Below the pieces are notes generated by a model. That model was given only the letters and a program-made list of their open reading frames with translations, was not told the origin of the DNA and ran no database searches. Below, piece after piece: positions 1 to 12,469 of a stretch of DNA of 64,000 nucleotides. Numbering within the stretch: the stretch's first letter is position 1; the number at the start of each line of letters is the position of its first letter. The DNA comes from Tubiluchus corallicola (lineage: Eukaryota; Animalia; Priapulida), in contig JAQGDQ010000245.1 in assembly GCA_030141605.1 (NCBI GenBank), forward strand, positions 248,001 through 312,000, written 5' to 3'. The translations under genes and the position numbers were made by a program.

Positions 1-20
1 AAATATCATGTAGCTCATGA

Positions 21-176
21 TATTACGTGAAACACAACACAGTATTTTGCTGCTAAGACGTGTTACGTGATCTTTCTTCTGCAAGGCTAAGGCTAGCTTG
101 CGACTTATAATGTGAAACACAATATAGTATTTTGCTGCTAAGAAGTGCTGATATTGTGATTTATTCCGCAAGGACA
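21..176. repeat. Degenerate tandem duplication (~86-bp unit x2)
   Basis: gtgaaacacaa-y-a-y-agtattttgctgctaaga...gcaagg occurs twice, starting near 27 and 112. Confidence 0.7.
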
Positions 177-395
177 TTGCTATAGGGAGGGACGCTTTTT
201 CAGCAATGCAGGGTTCAGCTTTGGATAAAGTAACCGATGTTATCTCAGTAAATTGCTTTAAAGATAGTCAGATTAGTTAAAAAGCTGAGGAATTGGCCTC
301 GTTTATTAAACACTAAAGCCATGCATCCCATAGAGTGCAAGAAGGTTTGAACGAATGGAAAAAGTACAACAATAAATCTGATTAAAACATCATAC

Positions 396-3300
396 CTGGG
401 CCATCATTGCCATAGCGACCGTATGCAGTGCCATTTGAGCTCGACGTGGCAAAGGTGTTCTCCTATGGATGTACCACATGGCTGATATCGTACAAAACGA
501 CAATGAACACTGAAAATGAGATGCGATAATTGCAGTGGGTATTTGAAGCACTACTGGGAACTATTGCAAGTATACACAACTAATCTGTTTTTTAAGTTGG
601 TTTTCTCATACAGATAATAACTGTTGGATTATTGTCCAGCCATTAAACAAATAATTTTAAATATAAATTACCCAATTTAAAATAGAAAATTATGAATAGT
701 TGTGTAGTGTCCTCACTATAGTTATATCAACCTCCTTAGCTCAATAATAGAGATTCCATTACATAGATTTACAGGACACACTACACAAAAATACTGTTTA
801 TACTATGAATAGGTAAATACTGTCCATATGTTGGAATATGTAAATCAATTGATGTGGCTGGCTTGTATGATGACGGTGACCATTTAATATTTTTTCCAGT
901 GATGATTTATAAAATTTATTATATTAATCTTACCAAAACTCTATGATGAAACTGTGCAGCTGTCGGATTCTCAAACCAGTTTCTCCACCCTTTCACAGCA
1001 AAAAGGTCTGTGGGAACCCAACGATCGGCAAATTTGGGAAATGAATTATAAACCAGGCCCGCATCTAGACCAGCTACAAATGCACCTGGCGAAATGGAAA
1101 AAATCAACAATATTTGTCATTCACTATCATTTTCCCAATAAAGACTATCTTTGTAAGTATGATTTGTGATGTTTGTATTCTTAATTTTTCCTTTCAATGT
1201 TCATTATCATTATTATCATCAATTATAATCGTCATCATGACTAACAAGAAGTTAAAATTTCAGTTCATAATAAACCTGTTTGAGATATGAACTTATTCTG
1301 CTGCTTAGTGTCAAAATTACATTGCAAAAAATAGCATTGCAAAAATTTGCTGAAATAGCTAAAAAAAGTTATCAAAATACTAAAGCCATGAAACATGCAC
1401 AAGAACGTAACATGTCACAGATTCCTATCAACATAACGAAATAAGTTAGTTCTCAAATTCTATTTGTATTTAGTTTCTTGCTGCAAATTACAGCCAAACT
1501 GAAAACTAATAAAAATATTTAAACATAAATAATTAATGCAAAAAATACTACTTATATCAAGCAAACAAAACAGCATGCAGTACCAAGAGAGAATCCCAAT
1601 ACCTGATATAGCAGTGATGATTACAAGAGTTTTAGAACTCACAGCTAGTCTTCTTAAATTACGTATATGAGATGACTGGGTCTTCTGAAAGTGTTCCAAC
1701 ATGCAGACAACATTAGAAGAGTATTGAACAGAAAGGAAGGAGTAGCTGCCAAATGGTTAAGTGAAACTTAAAATTTAGAACACAAAGACGAAAAAGACGT
1801 GCGAAAAATACTGTGACACAGAAGCTGGAAAACACAAAAGTTATAGCAACTCAAGGAAAGATAGCCAACACCACAAGAACATGACACTAGTACTGCAAGT
1901 TGCAACATGGCTGACTGCAATTATTGAACATTTATGGAGACAAAAAATTTCCTTTTACTTTAAAAAATCATTTTCACGGTCATTTGACAGGTACATATTA
2001 TCCCAATGTTTTTTTATATCGTTTGTTTGTTTTTGTTATGTTTTTAACAACAATTTTGACAGCAGGGATCATTATATTTTCGAGAATGAGAGTGAATGTT
2101 AACAGTGAACAAAATGCGGCGTTATTTTCTGAATAAAATGCAGTGTTTAAGTTGGCTTCAAAATAACACTAATATCATTTGCAAATCAATTAATCTTATA
2201 TTAGTCCAAAAAAGAAAGCTTTTTTGTTTTTTTAAATTAAGCAGCAAGTTGATATGTTGCAACACAAAATGGCACGTAAAGAGTGCACAGTGCTACATCA
2301 GATTTACAAGTGCAAAAGTGTGCACAGTGTTACATCAGACTTACAAGCACAAAAGTACATGTACACTTATCTTATACCTGAAATAGCAGTTAGAAATACT
2401 AATGTCTTTGAGCTGTGGGCAAAGATTCGGAGCTGTCGAAACTTGGGTGCTTTGACAGCCTGTAACATAAGTTGCTGTCAACACAGTTATAATCTTTTAA
2501 ATTCAGTAGCAAACATTAAGGTATAAGTATAAAATATTTAATTTAAATTATGGTTTCCCCATCATTGAAAAAGTTTTTTTCATGACCACAACATTTTAAA
2601 AACATGAACAGTTTTTCTGTTTGCAAATATTTTGAAAACAATACAAGAGAATTTTCATCGACATGGTCTCACAACAAAGGCAGTCATGTGGGCATCTAGT
2701 GGTGCATTTTGTGTATCATTAATAAACATTTATATTTATAAATACATGAAGTTATTTACTGGCACCTTAGATTATTTGAAAAAAATTGACTACGCTTATA
2801 AACCGGACAGCAAATAACTGGCAGTCAAGGTTACGGATGTTGGTGCATATCCCAGGGCAAAAGCTAGTAATATGTGACACAGTTTTATGTTGACAAGCTC
2901 CTTCATTACCTGTTGTTTACCTTCAGGCTATTTAACAAGGTAATTTAAATACAGTTTGCAAGCATGTCTCAGACTACAGGAATAAAAAGCACTGTCTCAG
3001 GAACTTGACAACTAACAATATTTTAGCACTTGTCCAGATAAATAAGGCTTTTGCTTAATCGACTATACTGTTACAAAACTATGTACCATTTTTCAAAGCT
3101 GGATAAAATTTGAATAAAAGAATTGTGCAAGTCAACACAAGATAACGCAAACAATAAAACAACACATAAACAGAGACACCAGTGAAAAATCCAATATGTC
3201 AATTTTAGGTTCCCTTTGATAGCCTAATTTTAACATCATAGTATAAATAGCCTGCCCTCTAGTAAATCTGTTCTAAGAGAACATATTCTTGCATAACGTA

Positions 3301-6300
3301 ACAACTGGTTAGCAAAAACCCTCAAACTCATCATTTCTGAAATGCTGATATAGACAATTTCAAATATAGACAACCTAAAATCTGCCAGACCAATTAACTT
3401 CACATATTTTTTTTAAATTAAAAAACAAATAATCTTACTCTCAATTAGGATAAAAAAAGAAAAATAAGAAAAAATAATATGCAAACAAGAGAAGCGTGGT
3501 GAACTGGAGGAAAAGTGCACAACTGATATAATTTGCATTATAATTCAGAAAAATCTTTGGTTAAGCAGCAGAGCTGCTTTATTGATGATTCTGAAATAAA
3601 TCAATATGTTTACAAAAATGGAGGAAAATTAGAAAAAAAGCAAAAGAAAAGAAAATGACAAAGGACAACTCCACCAGGAATTTGATATTACACAAAAAGC
3701 CATCACTCATTTTTTCTTCTGAAAAACTACATTTAATGCTTGAAAAGATATTTTGCATTACTCTCGTCACAAGTAACATTTATACATACCGGCTGAAATT
3801 CCAGCAAATGGTTTAAAGATGACCATAATGTCCCAGCATAAAGCAGGAAGGCTAAAGTTAGATGTGTAGCCAGTCTGTATGGACTAACTCGAGGTATGGT
3901 TGAGTCATCAGGTTTTTCTTCTAAGCCACTTTTTACCATGTACCAGCCGTACAAACCCTAGAATGATATTTAAAATAGCCCAGGGGCAAAAGGCCTTTAA
4001 TAAACATAATAAAAAGCAATACAAACAAAATTCTAGTCTTAGGGCACAGATTAATACTAAATACAAGACAATCAATGGATAAAAGTTTGTTATACTACAA
4101 TTCATTAACTGGTATCACATAATATTAAATATAGGCGAATAATATAAATTGTAATTGACAAGAAGTTTTCATGGACGTAGAAATACGCTCAAAAGATTAA
4201 GCACTGTTTACACAATTTAACATTTAGATCCAATTATAATTTAATTAACTTTGCTGAAACTTCTTTAAAATTAAAAAATGCAATGCCAATGTGATGGTAC
4301 TAATTACTCACCAATGCTTCAGCAGTTAAACACACTATATTAAAACTCGAGGTGGAAAATTAACACCAGCTTTCACTAATAAACTGATGCACATAATAAC
4401 CTATTCATGAACATAAACTCTTCATAGTGTGATGAGTAATAAAATATTAAAAGGAGCAATACAGCTGATTGTAAAACAGTGGCAAGTGGGAATTGCACAT
4501 ATGTTGTTAGTTATATTAAAATAGCAAAATTAAACTGTGTGGCGGCTTTAATTAACTGCTACACAAAAGCTAAAATTACGATGTCAAGATACTTCATATG
4601 GCCATCATACCTGTATAACTACCAAACTACATAAGATAAGGACTCGTGGCTTAGTTTTCTTCGTCAAGTAGCCTTTATACCAGAAAAAAGCAGCCGGTAA
4701 TAGATAAGCACAGCCTATATAATGTAATAATAACAATAAATAGTCAGTAAGAACTTTAATAAACCAGCTAAATTTAACCATGTGCATGAAAGAATGATGC
4801 CAAAATGTTTGCATAAAAACATCCATGTTTTCTCATTTTACCTGAATAAAAAAATCAAGTCGAATAACAGCACATACCCACAAGTCGACCCCACATGCGA
4901 TGTGTATATTCCATTATCCAAATAAATTTGAATTCGTTCAATGTCATCTCCGAGTTTTTACTACAAAAACATAATATCTGTACTCAGAAAAATGCATTTA
5001 AACTGTAATACCTTTGGACTTGTAAAGGTAGATGTACCAAAGACACTTTATTTCTAAAATAATAATTACGTACGATGTGGGAAGATAAATGTAAAACAAG
5101 GATCATAAACAGTATTGGCAAGTTAATTCCATATTGCAAAAAAAAAACAGAAAGCAGTAATTAAGCATTTAGCGTGTCAGATTCACGCTACATTATATCA
5201 ACACTAGGTATATGGCTATATTTTTAAAATTTAAAATAATGCCATTCTTAATCGAGACTGTTAACTTCGTGTTGATAACATTAAAGGAAAGGACAAGTCA
5301 CTTAGCATGTTGGGTTTATTTTACTGTTATCACTTAAATTTAGAAAGATATAATGAAGAAATCAGCAAAAAAGAGCATAAAGCATATAATGCATCTACAA
5401 AGGATGAAGTTAATTTATGCCATTGTTGTACTGAAAATTTTCATGCATGGTGGTACCCGCCATTCACTTGAAAATTATATGATGCAATTTGTGGACTTCG
5501 TGACTTTCTGTAAGCGCGTGCTGCTTAAACTAATTCAAACTGCTACAGCTTTTACCAATTTGCATAATTAACTATCTAGTAAAAACTTATGCTTTTCATG
5601 GAAATCGACAGTGCGCTGCTTTTCTTTAGTTGATGAATGACGTCATTGGTGGAATATTGGGCGTTCGAAATGAAACCGCCACAGCATGAAAAGATCACGA
5701 CTTTATTAACTGTATGAGGCAGTTATCACACTTTTATTACTAAAATCCTTCTAACATTTTTTGCGAACAATGATATAAGCCTAATGTCCAAGAAAGCTTG
5801 ACCTTTTTTTAATGACATAATAATTATGTGTCTATGGTAAATTTTTACTTTAAATTTTATCTTAGTATGCAATAACGTACTATTTAAATTCAGGAAACTC
5901 CTTATATCTTTCAAACTCATTTTCCCATTCTGTTTTTGACCAAGGAGGCTTCATTCCTTTCAGAAGGTCCCAATTGACCATAGATAAACCTGATTCAGTT
6001 AATCTGGAAAATAAAAAAAATGAAAGAACTCACTACATTCGACTGCTACTGCTGCTAGTGCCAGTGAGTAATTAGGAAATCTCATAGCTGAAAAAGTCAT
6101 AGTTAACAAAATATTAATAAGCACTATACAAGTACAATACAAAATTGACTCCAGGTTGAAATTGTGTTATTCTTAACAATAGGCCTAACAGATGTTTGTT
6201 AAAGTTTATTCCTGTTGTTGAACATATCTTACATTATCACAGCTGATATGGCAGCTTTTGAGCCATGTCTGGGAACTCACAATTTTTCAGTGTCTCCTTC

Positions 6301-8326
6301 TTCGCTAAATTAGCCATTAGATATTTTATTGTAAGTGTGACATCTTTCTTAATTATATGTATCTTGGATACCTTACCAAAGGGTGCAGTGTAATTCACTC
6401 TGTCAAATATATAACGTAGTCAAAAACTAGTGATATATCATTAATAGTGGAAAAGTGCCTCTGATTGATTGTGTACTACTAGGATGAGATCTCAGACAAG
6501 TCTTGCTACGTTGGTATGTCAAATGGTGGATCGTGTGTACAGAAACCGCAAGTCCTTCGAATTTTGGCACTTTGCATTTTTGTCCTAGCTAGCGCGCAGA
6601 TATTTAGGGCCTCCTAATTGTTGTAACAGTGATGCAACCAAGGATCGAGGATTGCATTCTAAAATTTAAACAATTACCTTGTCACGCCACCTAGTGCAAC
6701 GGAACCAAACACCAAACCAGAACATCCTAACAACCAGTATCCAACCAGCTTCAATGCTGTTGGAGAAACCCCGCTGGCCGCAGCAGCAGCGGCTGTTGCT
6801 CCGGTAGTTGTCGACACTCGAACTGGAATGTGCGCTATACTCTGAAATATGAATAAAAGATTCCAAAATAATTGTAGCTGTAATTTACAGCTGAGGGTTA
6901 AACAGAGATTCTCTAGAGAATTCAATCACAATGAAAGGATTTTCTTGTTTGTATACGCTTCTTCTGTTTTTTTTAAATTTCTCAAGCAATTCTGTTTTGT
7001 TCTTTACCTTTTTTTTTGAATAATTATCACAAAATAATATTCATGTAGATCTGACAAAGTTAATATAAATGTATAGGGCATTTTCCCCATATGTTGTTTG
7101 CAATTAAACTCTTTTCTTTATTACTGTTCTGTACTAACTTTGTATAATAATGGTGAAAAATTCTAACTTAACACTGTGTTGCTATCATAGTAGGAATAAT
7201 TCCCTTAACCAGAGTGGAAAATTTTACCTAATTAAGACTATTAACTGCGTCAATTAATCAAGGCTTTTACACAAGCTTTAATTTGTTACATGGGTAAAAA
7301 CTACAAACAAAATGAAAAACTGAAAACCTGCCCAACCTTTAGTAGGTTCTGCTTTAAAGATGCATTATTGACATAAAGACCAGATGCTCTTGAAACACCT
7401 GAAAACTATAAAAAACAAATCTGTACTGTATTGGTGTTAAAATCTTTAGTGTTATAATTTACTAAGGCCAATATACATGTGGCACCATTAGTATGAAATG
7501 AAAAGGGGAACTGAACACTAACGATAATTCATTGTGTCAGATTAGTAATTCTATCAGTTTAGTCACCTTTACCAAACACCCCCCCCCCCCCCCCCCCCCC
7601 CCGCACCCCGTGCATTTTTTCTTCATAAATATTTCACTGCTGGTTAGTTGTTAATTTACTAAAATATTCTTCATTTATTCTTCCATTCCTTGCTTCAGAA
7701 TAAACCATCAATTGGTATAATCATAATCATAGCAGTGCATATTAGCAAGGTGCAAGAATCAATAAAATGTGTCAGATCTACCATAATAGAATTTCAGCCC
7801 AGTAAGTCTTAAACACAAACCAGGGCACGATATGTAAAAAAGTACCTCAGCAGTGTAATACTCGTAGATTTATGGGTTATGTTAGGTTAAATACAAACAG
7901 ATTCGCTTACAATTTGTGAAAATTTTGGCCCTGGATACTGCCCGATCTTAGCTCAGGGACGACCAGATTCTCTATTTCAGTAGGATTCACACTATGGTTT
8001 TTAGCTTTTTAAGCTGGCATATTTAACCATAAATTGCATAACATTCAATGGTTACAGTACAACTTTTCAGAGTTTGTCATAAAACCTGGCGACCACAGCA
8101 TAGGATCCGTATCTGTTGTGAAACCACAGAATAACAGATTATTTTCGTTCCACAAATGGCTGTGCATAGTACACCACAGTGAATGAATCACCAAGAAAAC
8201 AAGAACGATTCTATAGTGGTTACCTCAGGACTAAAGTAAATTTAATTTTGATGCTGATCGGCTTACCCCTCTGATGAGTGAGCACGACGTTGAAAGCGTG
8301 GGTTTTCGTAAAATAACCGAAAGCAT
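396..8326 (-). CDS. COX15: Heme A synthase COX15 (cytochrome c oxidase assembly), spliced, 3'-partial
   Basis: GT-AG exons in consistent phase: 8267-8326 ([12 protein letters not shown]..., presequence-like, least certain), 6678-6841, 5881-6003, 4878-4960, 4611-4714, 3790-3957, 1603-1684, 934-1085, 396-509. COX15 motifs seen: [66 protein letters not shown]. The final exon lies left of position 1. Confidence 0.95.
2281..2357. repeat. Tandem duplication (~39-bp unit x2)
   Basis: gtgcacagtg(c/t)tacatcaga(t/c)ttacaag(tg/ca)caaaagt repeated in a COX15 intron. Confidence 0.8.
5285..5808. mobile_element. Putative Kolobok-like non-autonomous element (TTAA-flanked)
   Basis: Starts ttaa|aggaaaggacaag and ends cttgaccttttt|ttaa (degenerate TIR). 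Subterminal inverted motifs tagaaagat / atccttcta. Family assignment is inference. Confidence 0.35.
7579..7602. repeat. Poly-C homopolymer
   Basis: Run of about 24 C. Confidence 0.9.
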
Positions 8327-8784
8327 AATTACGCAAACACAAAGTAGATCTAAGTTATTTTACTTAATATCACTGATGATCGAAATACTTTTATGGTATA
8401 CGAGTTAACTTTCCCTTGATGGGAATTGTGTAACAGTAACCAACAACCATTAGCCAGGTACCTGCAGACTATCACCGTTGAGCGCCGAGTAACTTACTAG
8501 CCGAAGTAGGACAATTGGCGTACATGGGCTAGCCTTGGCTTAGTAGGACGCGTCGTATATGGGCTAGCGCTAGCCCAAGTAGGACACTAAAGACAGGTCA
8601 CAAATTAAGTCGTTAACCGTACTGGCAGCGCCCGTTATCCTTGTTTATTTAATAATAATAATTGAAAACGTCAAAAACGTTGAATAATTTATTATACATT
8701 TGGTAAAATAAAAGAATCTTATTTTGAGTTAGTAAAATGGTCAATATTAATCTTTCCGAAGTGAAATAAGCCCACTCCTTAGGC

Positions 8785-9144
8785 CAGTGGTTCCCAAACT
8801 TTCTGGGACCGTTACCCAAATCGGGAAACCCGGTCGTCTCCATTACCCCCCACCTAGTACTACTTCTCCAACTCAAAAAGTAAACACACGTATATGCCAC
8901 AAGCAAGCAAAATTATTTATGTTTGCTCGTGACATAAATAAATTTCCAGGTGGTGTTGTTGTATTGTTGCCAAAACAAGAATTACAATTATGACACAGTG
9001 TTGCCTGCAGTCTCTTCAAAAAGAAAACTACGTAAAATGCATTCCGAGCGAAGTTTTAAAAATTTTCAGAGGGGTGCCCGTTACCCCCCCAAAAAAACCA
9101 TATTACCCCCAGGGGGTAATTTACCCCTAGTTTGGGAACCACTG
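8785..9144. mobile_element. hAT (Charlie-like) MITE, 360 bp
   Basis: Perfect 16-bp TIRs cagtggttcccaaact / agtttgggaaccactg. Perfect 8-bp TSD ccttaggc at 8777-8784 and 9145-9152. Repeated subterminal ttacccc motifs. Confidence 0.95.
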
Positions 9145-10125
9145 CCTTAGGCGATTCCAACATTTGCTTAAGGTATATCATTTTTATTTTGTCTCGCTTC
9201 ACAGACAGATGATCCATTTCACTAGCTCTTGGACAAATAATTGTTTTCTACTAAGTAAATAGGCTAGCGAGCTAGGTGTCCTACATAGTTTCTGTCTTTA
9301 AAGCATTAGATGCTTAGTTTAATGTTATGATAAAGTTAATGGAGCTGATAATAATAATGATGATATTACTGTAAAAATACATTGCAATTTGTCAAGGAGT
9401 ATCCATCATTATTATAATGTCACTTATTTCTAAAACAAATTTAGTTTTACGTTTCATTATGTCATAATTCTCGAAAGAAATCGCCAGCGTCCTGCTTGGG
9501 TTGCCCATGTACGACACTGTTTTTCCGCAAATTTAGCACCTGGGTTTTACAGGAGTGTCCTACTTTGGCTAGTGGATTAATCGGCGCCCCACGTATCACG
9601 TTGTTTGCGCACAGCGCCATCTCTTGCCAGAAAGCAGAAAATACTGACAGCAACAGTTTCAACGAGCTGTTGAAACTAAAAATATAATTGAAGACGAGTG
9701 AACAGTAAACGCAAGTTGACGTAAAAGATATTTGGTGTGATTCGTAAAACAAGTTGATCGTGTCGCTGACCTCGCAAACAGGCACACACGCACTAGCATC
9801 AATATGGTCAAAGCCTTGTGTAACCACAAAGTTTAGTTATTATGTGTTGACTCTTATGCCTTTAGGGTATTCAGGTGCAGCCTAGTTGAATTCCAAATCT
9901 ACCATAGCAATAGACTTATATAATTGGGTCACCATGCATGCATTGGCCAATCTAGCTAGAAATGAAAATTGTTTTCTTTTATTTTATTGAACTAAGTCAC
10001 CATCGCACAACGTTTTTGCAAAAAACCTCATTAAAAGTAATGAACATTCGTAACGGGTGGAACATTAATAATTTGCTAAAGAAGTACAAAAGTAGTACAT
10101 AACAGATAACAGTTTATTCCATTAA

Positions 10126-11134
10126 AGGAAGAACCAACCCTCGAACAATATTTATTGCATTTTAATATATCATTAAACATTGAAATCACCACACAAGATA
10201 TGCACATAAAATGCTTTGCTTAAAAATGTAAAAGAAATTTAAATATTTTTTATCTTCCACCAAACGAACGTAGCTGCCAGCATATTTGAAAAAAATGATG
10301 TAAGCTCATGCCTGGTGGCTGCTGGGCAGCGTGAATGCTGTGAAGGCAAGCTGTCATGAAGCTATGCATTGAGAAATTTTTACAGTTCACTCAGAAGTTC
10401 AGTTATTCTAGCATTGTATTTAACTATGTCTATGTAAAAATTAGTCATTTGATCAATTATGACCAAGATTAAAGTGGTTACATAGCTTTAACCCACAGGA
10501 TTATACCGTAAAATGTAAGTAGTATACATTAATTGCGTCAATGTAATTAATTTACAGACTTTTGTTGACTTTTAGATACACATATAAACTTGCGAGCATA
10601 CTGTGGGTATCATGTGGCTTACCTAGTTTCTAGAGTTCGCTCTATAAGTCAAAAAAAAATGCTGAAGAACTGTTTATATTGCACAAGATGATGCCATTTT
10701 TCACCAAAACGAGCGCGCCCAAGCATGAAGTGATTGAGATTTTAATTGAAATTATTAGTTACGAGGACCTTACCTTAGACCTTAGTCCTTCCTGCGCATT
10801 GATGCACATTGGGCAGACAGCATTTTCCACTGAGTTCTATCGGCGGCTTCGTTCTCTACGTTTTCCCAACGTCTGTTGACAGCTCGAAGGTCTTCTTTGA
10901 AGGATCTGCGCCACGTTGTTTTTGGCCGACCTCTTTTTCGTTTCCCACCAGGTGGTTCCCACTGTACTGCTGTTTTGGCGTAGCGACTTTCTGATAGACG
11001 GAGAATATGTCCAGCCAGTTTCATTCTTCTCTCTGTAACATTATTTCATTACCATAATTTCATTGCTGAAACTTTCTAACATTTTTCTCAAATATTAGGA
11101 TAAGCTCAACTTCCAGAGAGCCTTGGTTTTTGCT
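10126..11134. mobile_element. Putative Kolobok-like element interrupted by an RTE fragment
   Basis: ttaa|aggaagaaccaaccctc ... gagccttggtttttgct|ttaa: 13/17 inverted match with TTAA on both sides. Confidence 0.45.
10765..11040 (-). mobile_element. RTE-clade LINE, 3' end of ORF2, 5'-truncated
   Basis: LAGHILR...QWEPPGGKRKRGRPKTTWRR...AADRTQWK is a typical RTE C-terminus. It is followed by a short taagg-type repeat tail (ggactaaggtctaaggtaaggtc). Confidence 0.85.
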
Positions 11135-11199
11135 TTAAATATTATGTGCTGAAATAGCAGAGATAATGTTTTATGATGCCTCAGTTTAGCATAGATAAG

Positions 11200-11685
11200 C
11201 CTCGACCATTGGGGATGACTCTAAAAGGCTGGGAATGATTTTCTTCCTAAGGACTGAATGTGGCGAATGGCCTGGAAATAAATTCACAAGACCCTGACAA
11301 ATATAAATAATAATAGACTGGAAGTATATTTTATAAAAAGAGCTGGATGTTGAGTGCAGGAAAACATACCCAGGAACAGACATGCAGTCAAGGACATGAC
11401 ACATCTGTCAGTAATGTTCGGAACCTTGAGTCGACAGTGATCTCTTTGAGTTGCAACTCCTTTTATGTGAGACATTGAAGTAAGCTACATACCAATGCCC
11501 TGCTCATACTTCTTACTCGATCTGCAATAGTGTTACTACTGAATTAAAATTTTATGAGTGAGGGATGGATGCGTTGTGGCTGCTTGGTCTTTCTCCACCC
11601 CATTTCTCTTACTAATTATGTAATTCCATATTAACATTTGTCACAGTTTTTTTACGTATGAGGCAAAGTAAATACAATTCAATTC
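11200..11685 (+). mobile_element. Highly degraded L2/CR1-like 3' fragment
   Basis: Remnant peptides SKRLGMIFFLR and NRLEV..IKRA, ending in an aaatacaattcaattc tail. Confidence 0.3.
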
Positions 11686-11999
11686 TCAGTTTAACTCACC
11701 TTTGCAGCTACCCCCATAATTTTAGTTAATTCAATTCGACACAATCATTCAATACATTATGGCACACTGAAAGTAAGTAAGTAAGTAATTTTCTAAATTT
11801 TCTCCATAAATTTAGGTTGTTTCAGCACCACAATATAGGTTGTTTCAGCACGACAAATCGACAATGCTGAATCACAATAAATTGTTCTGCACTATTTGCT
11901 GTTTTTATTTCCTCTACTAAATGTTATGTACCACATTGTACAAGCACTAACCAGGCATACTTCTTCTACTCTAGTAAGTATAGTTTTATGCAGTTTTCA

Positions 12000-12250
12000 G
12001 ACTCTTGGTGCGGGGAATGACAGTGGCGCGCGCGATGGCGCAAAAGAAAACAAAAAAGCAAACGTGAATCAATCCCGATAATAAATTTTCAATTTTAATG
12101 TTGATGCATAAGCATGGCGCGTTTTTTGGTTTACAATTTATTTATTTATCAGTGCATTCTTGAATGAAGAAGAAGAATAGTTTGCAGTTGAACATTTGAA
12201 AGAAACTGGGACAAATATTTGTTTCGTAACTGGTTTGTCTTGAGGCAAGT
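12000..12250 (+). promoter_or_regulatory. Candidate NCAPG promoter and 5'-UTR exon (E2F-like and CHR-like sites)
   Basis: Local CpG cluster with tggcgcgcgcgatggcgcaaaa (12024-12045), atggcgcg (~12114) and tttgaa (12195-12200), then a GAG|GCAAGT donor at 12244/12245. This fits a cell-cycle gene; the assignment is inference. Confidence 0.45.
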
Positions 12251-12469
12251 TACTGTACCAGTTAATTTCTCGTACATTCAATTTATATTCACATGCTTAC
12301 CTGAAAAAAATTTATCCTACCATCCTCACGGTATATTAGCATGATACTGTAGTGATAGTTACTTACTAACGACCACCAATTTCATCTAAATGGCAATGTA
12401 GTCGGTGGCGATGGTAACTGGGGCTGTAAGCTTGGACAAGCTTGTGTTATTATGCCCCCCCCCCCCCCA

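Noticed and set aside
7327-7398. Exon-like segment in COX15 intron 1 (ttttcag ... AAG|gt)
   Set aside because: It is open only in phase 1, while the inferred exon 1 ends in phase 0 and joins 6841 directly. Not included without transcript data.
8496-8590. Spaced short repeats as a possible CRISPR array
   Set aside because: Eukaryotic context, degenerate copies, no regular unique spacers and no cas genes.
8787-9150. Short ORFs at 8787-8993 and 8950-9150
   Set aside because: They lie inside the non-coding hAT MITE.
9462-9827. 121-aa minus-strand ORF
   Set aside because: No recognizable domain; it overlaps the mirrored motif and CpG patch and is probably a chance ORF.
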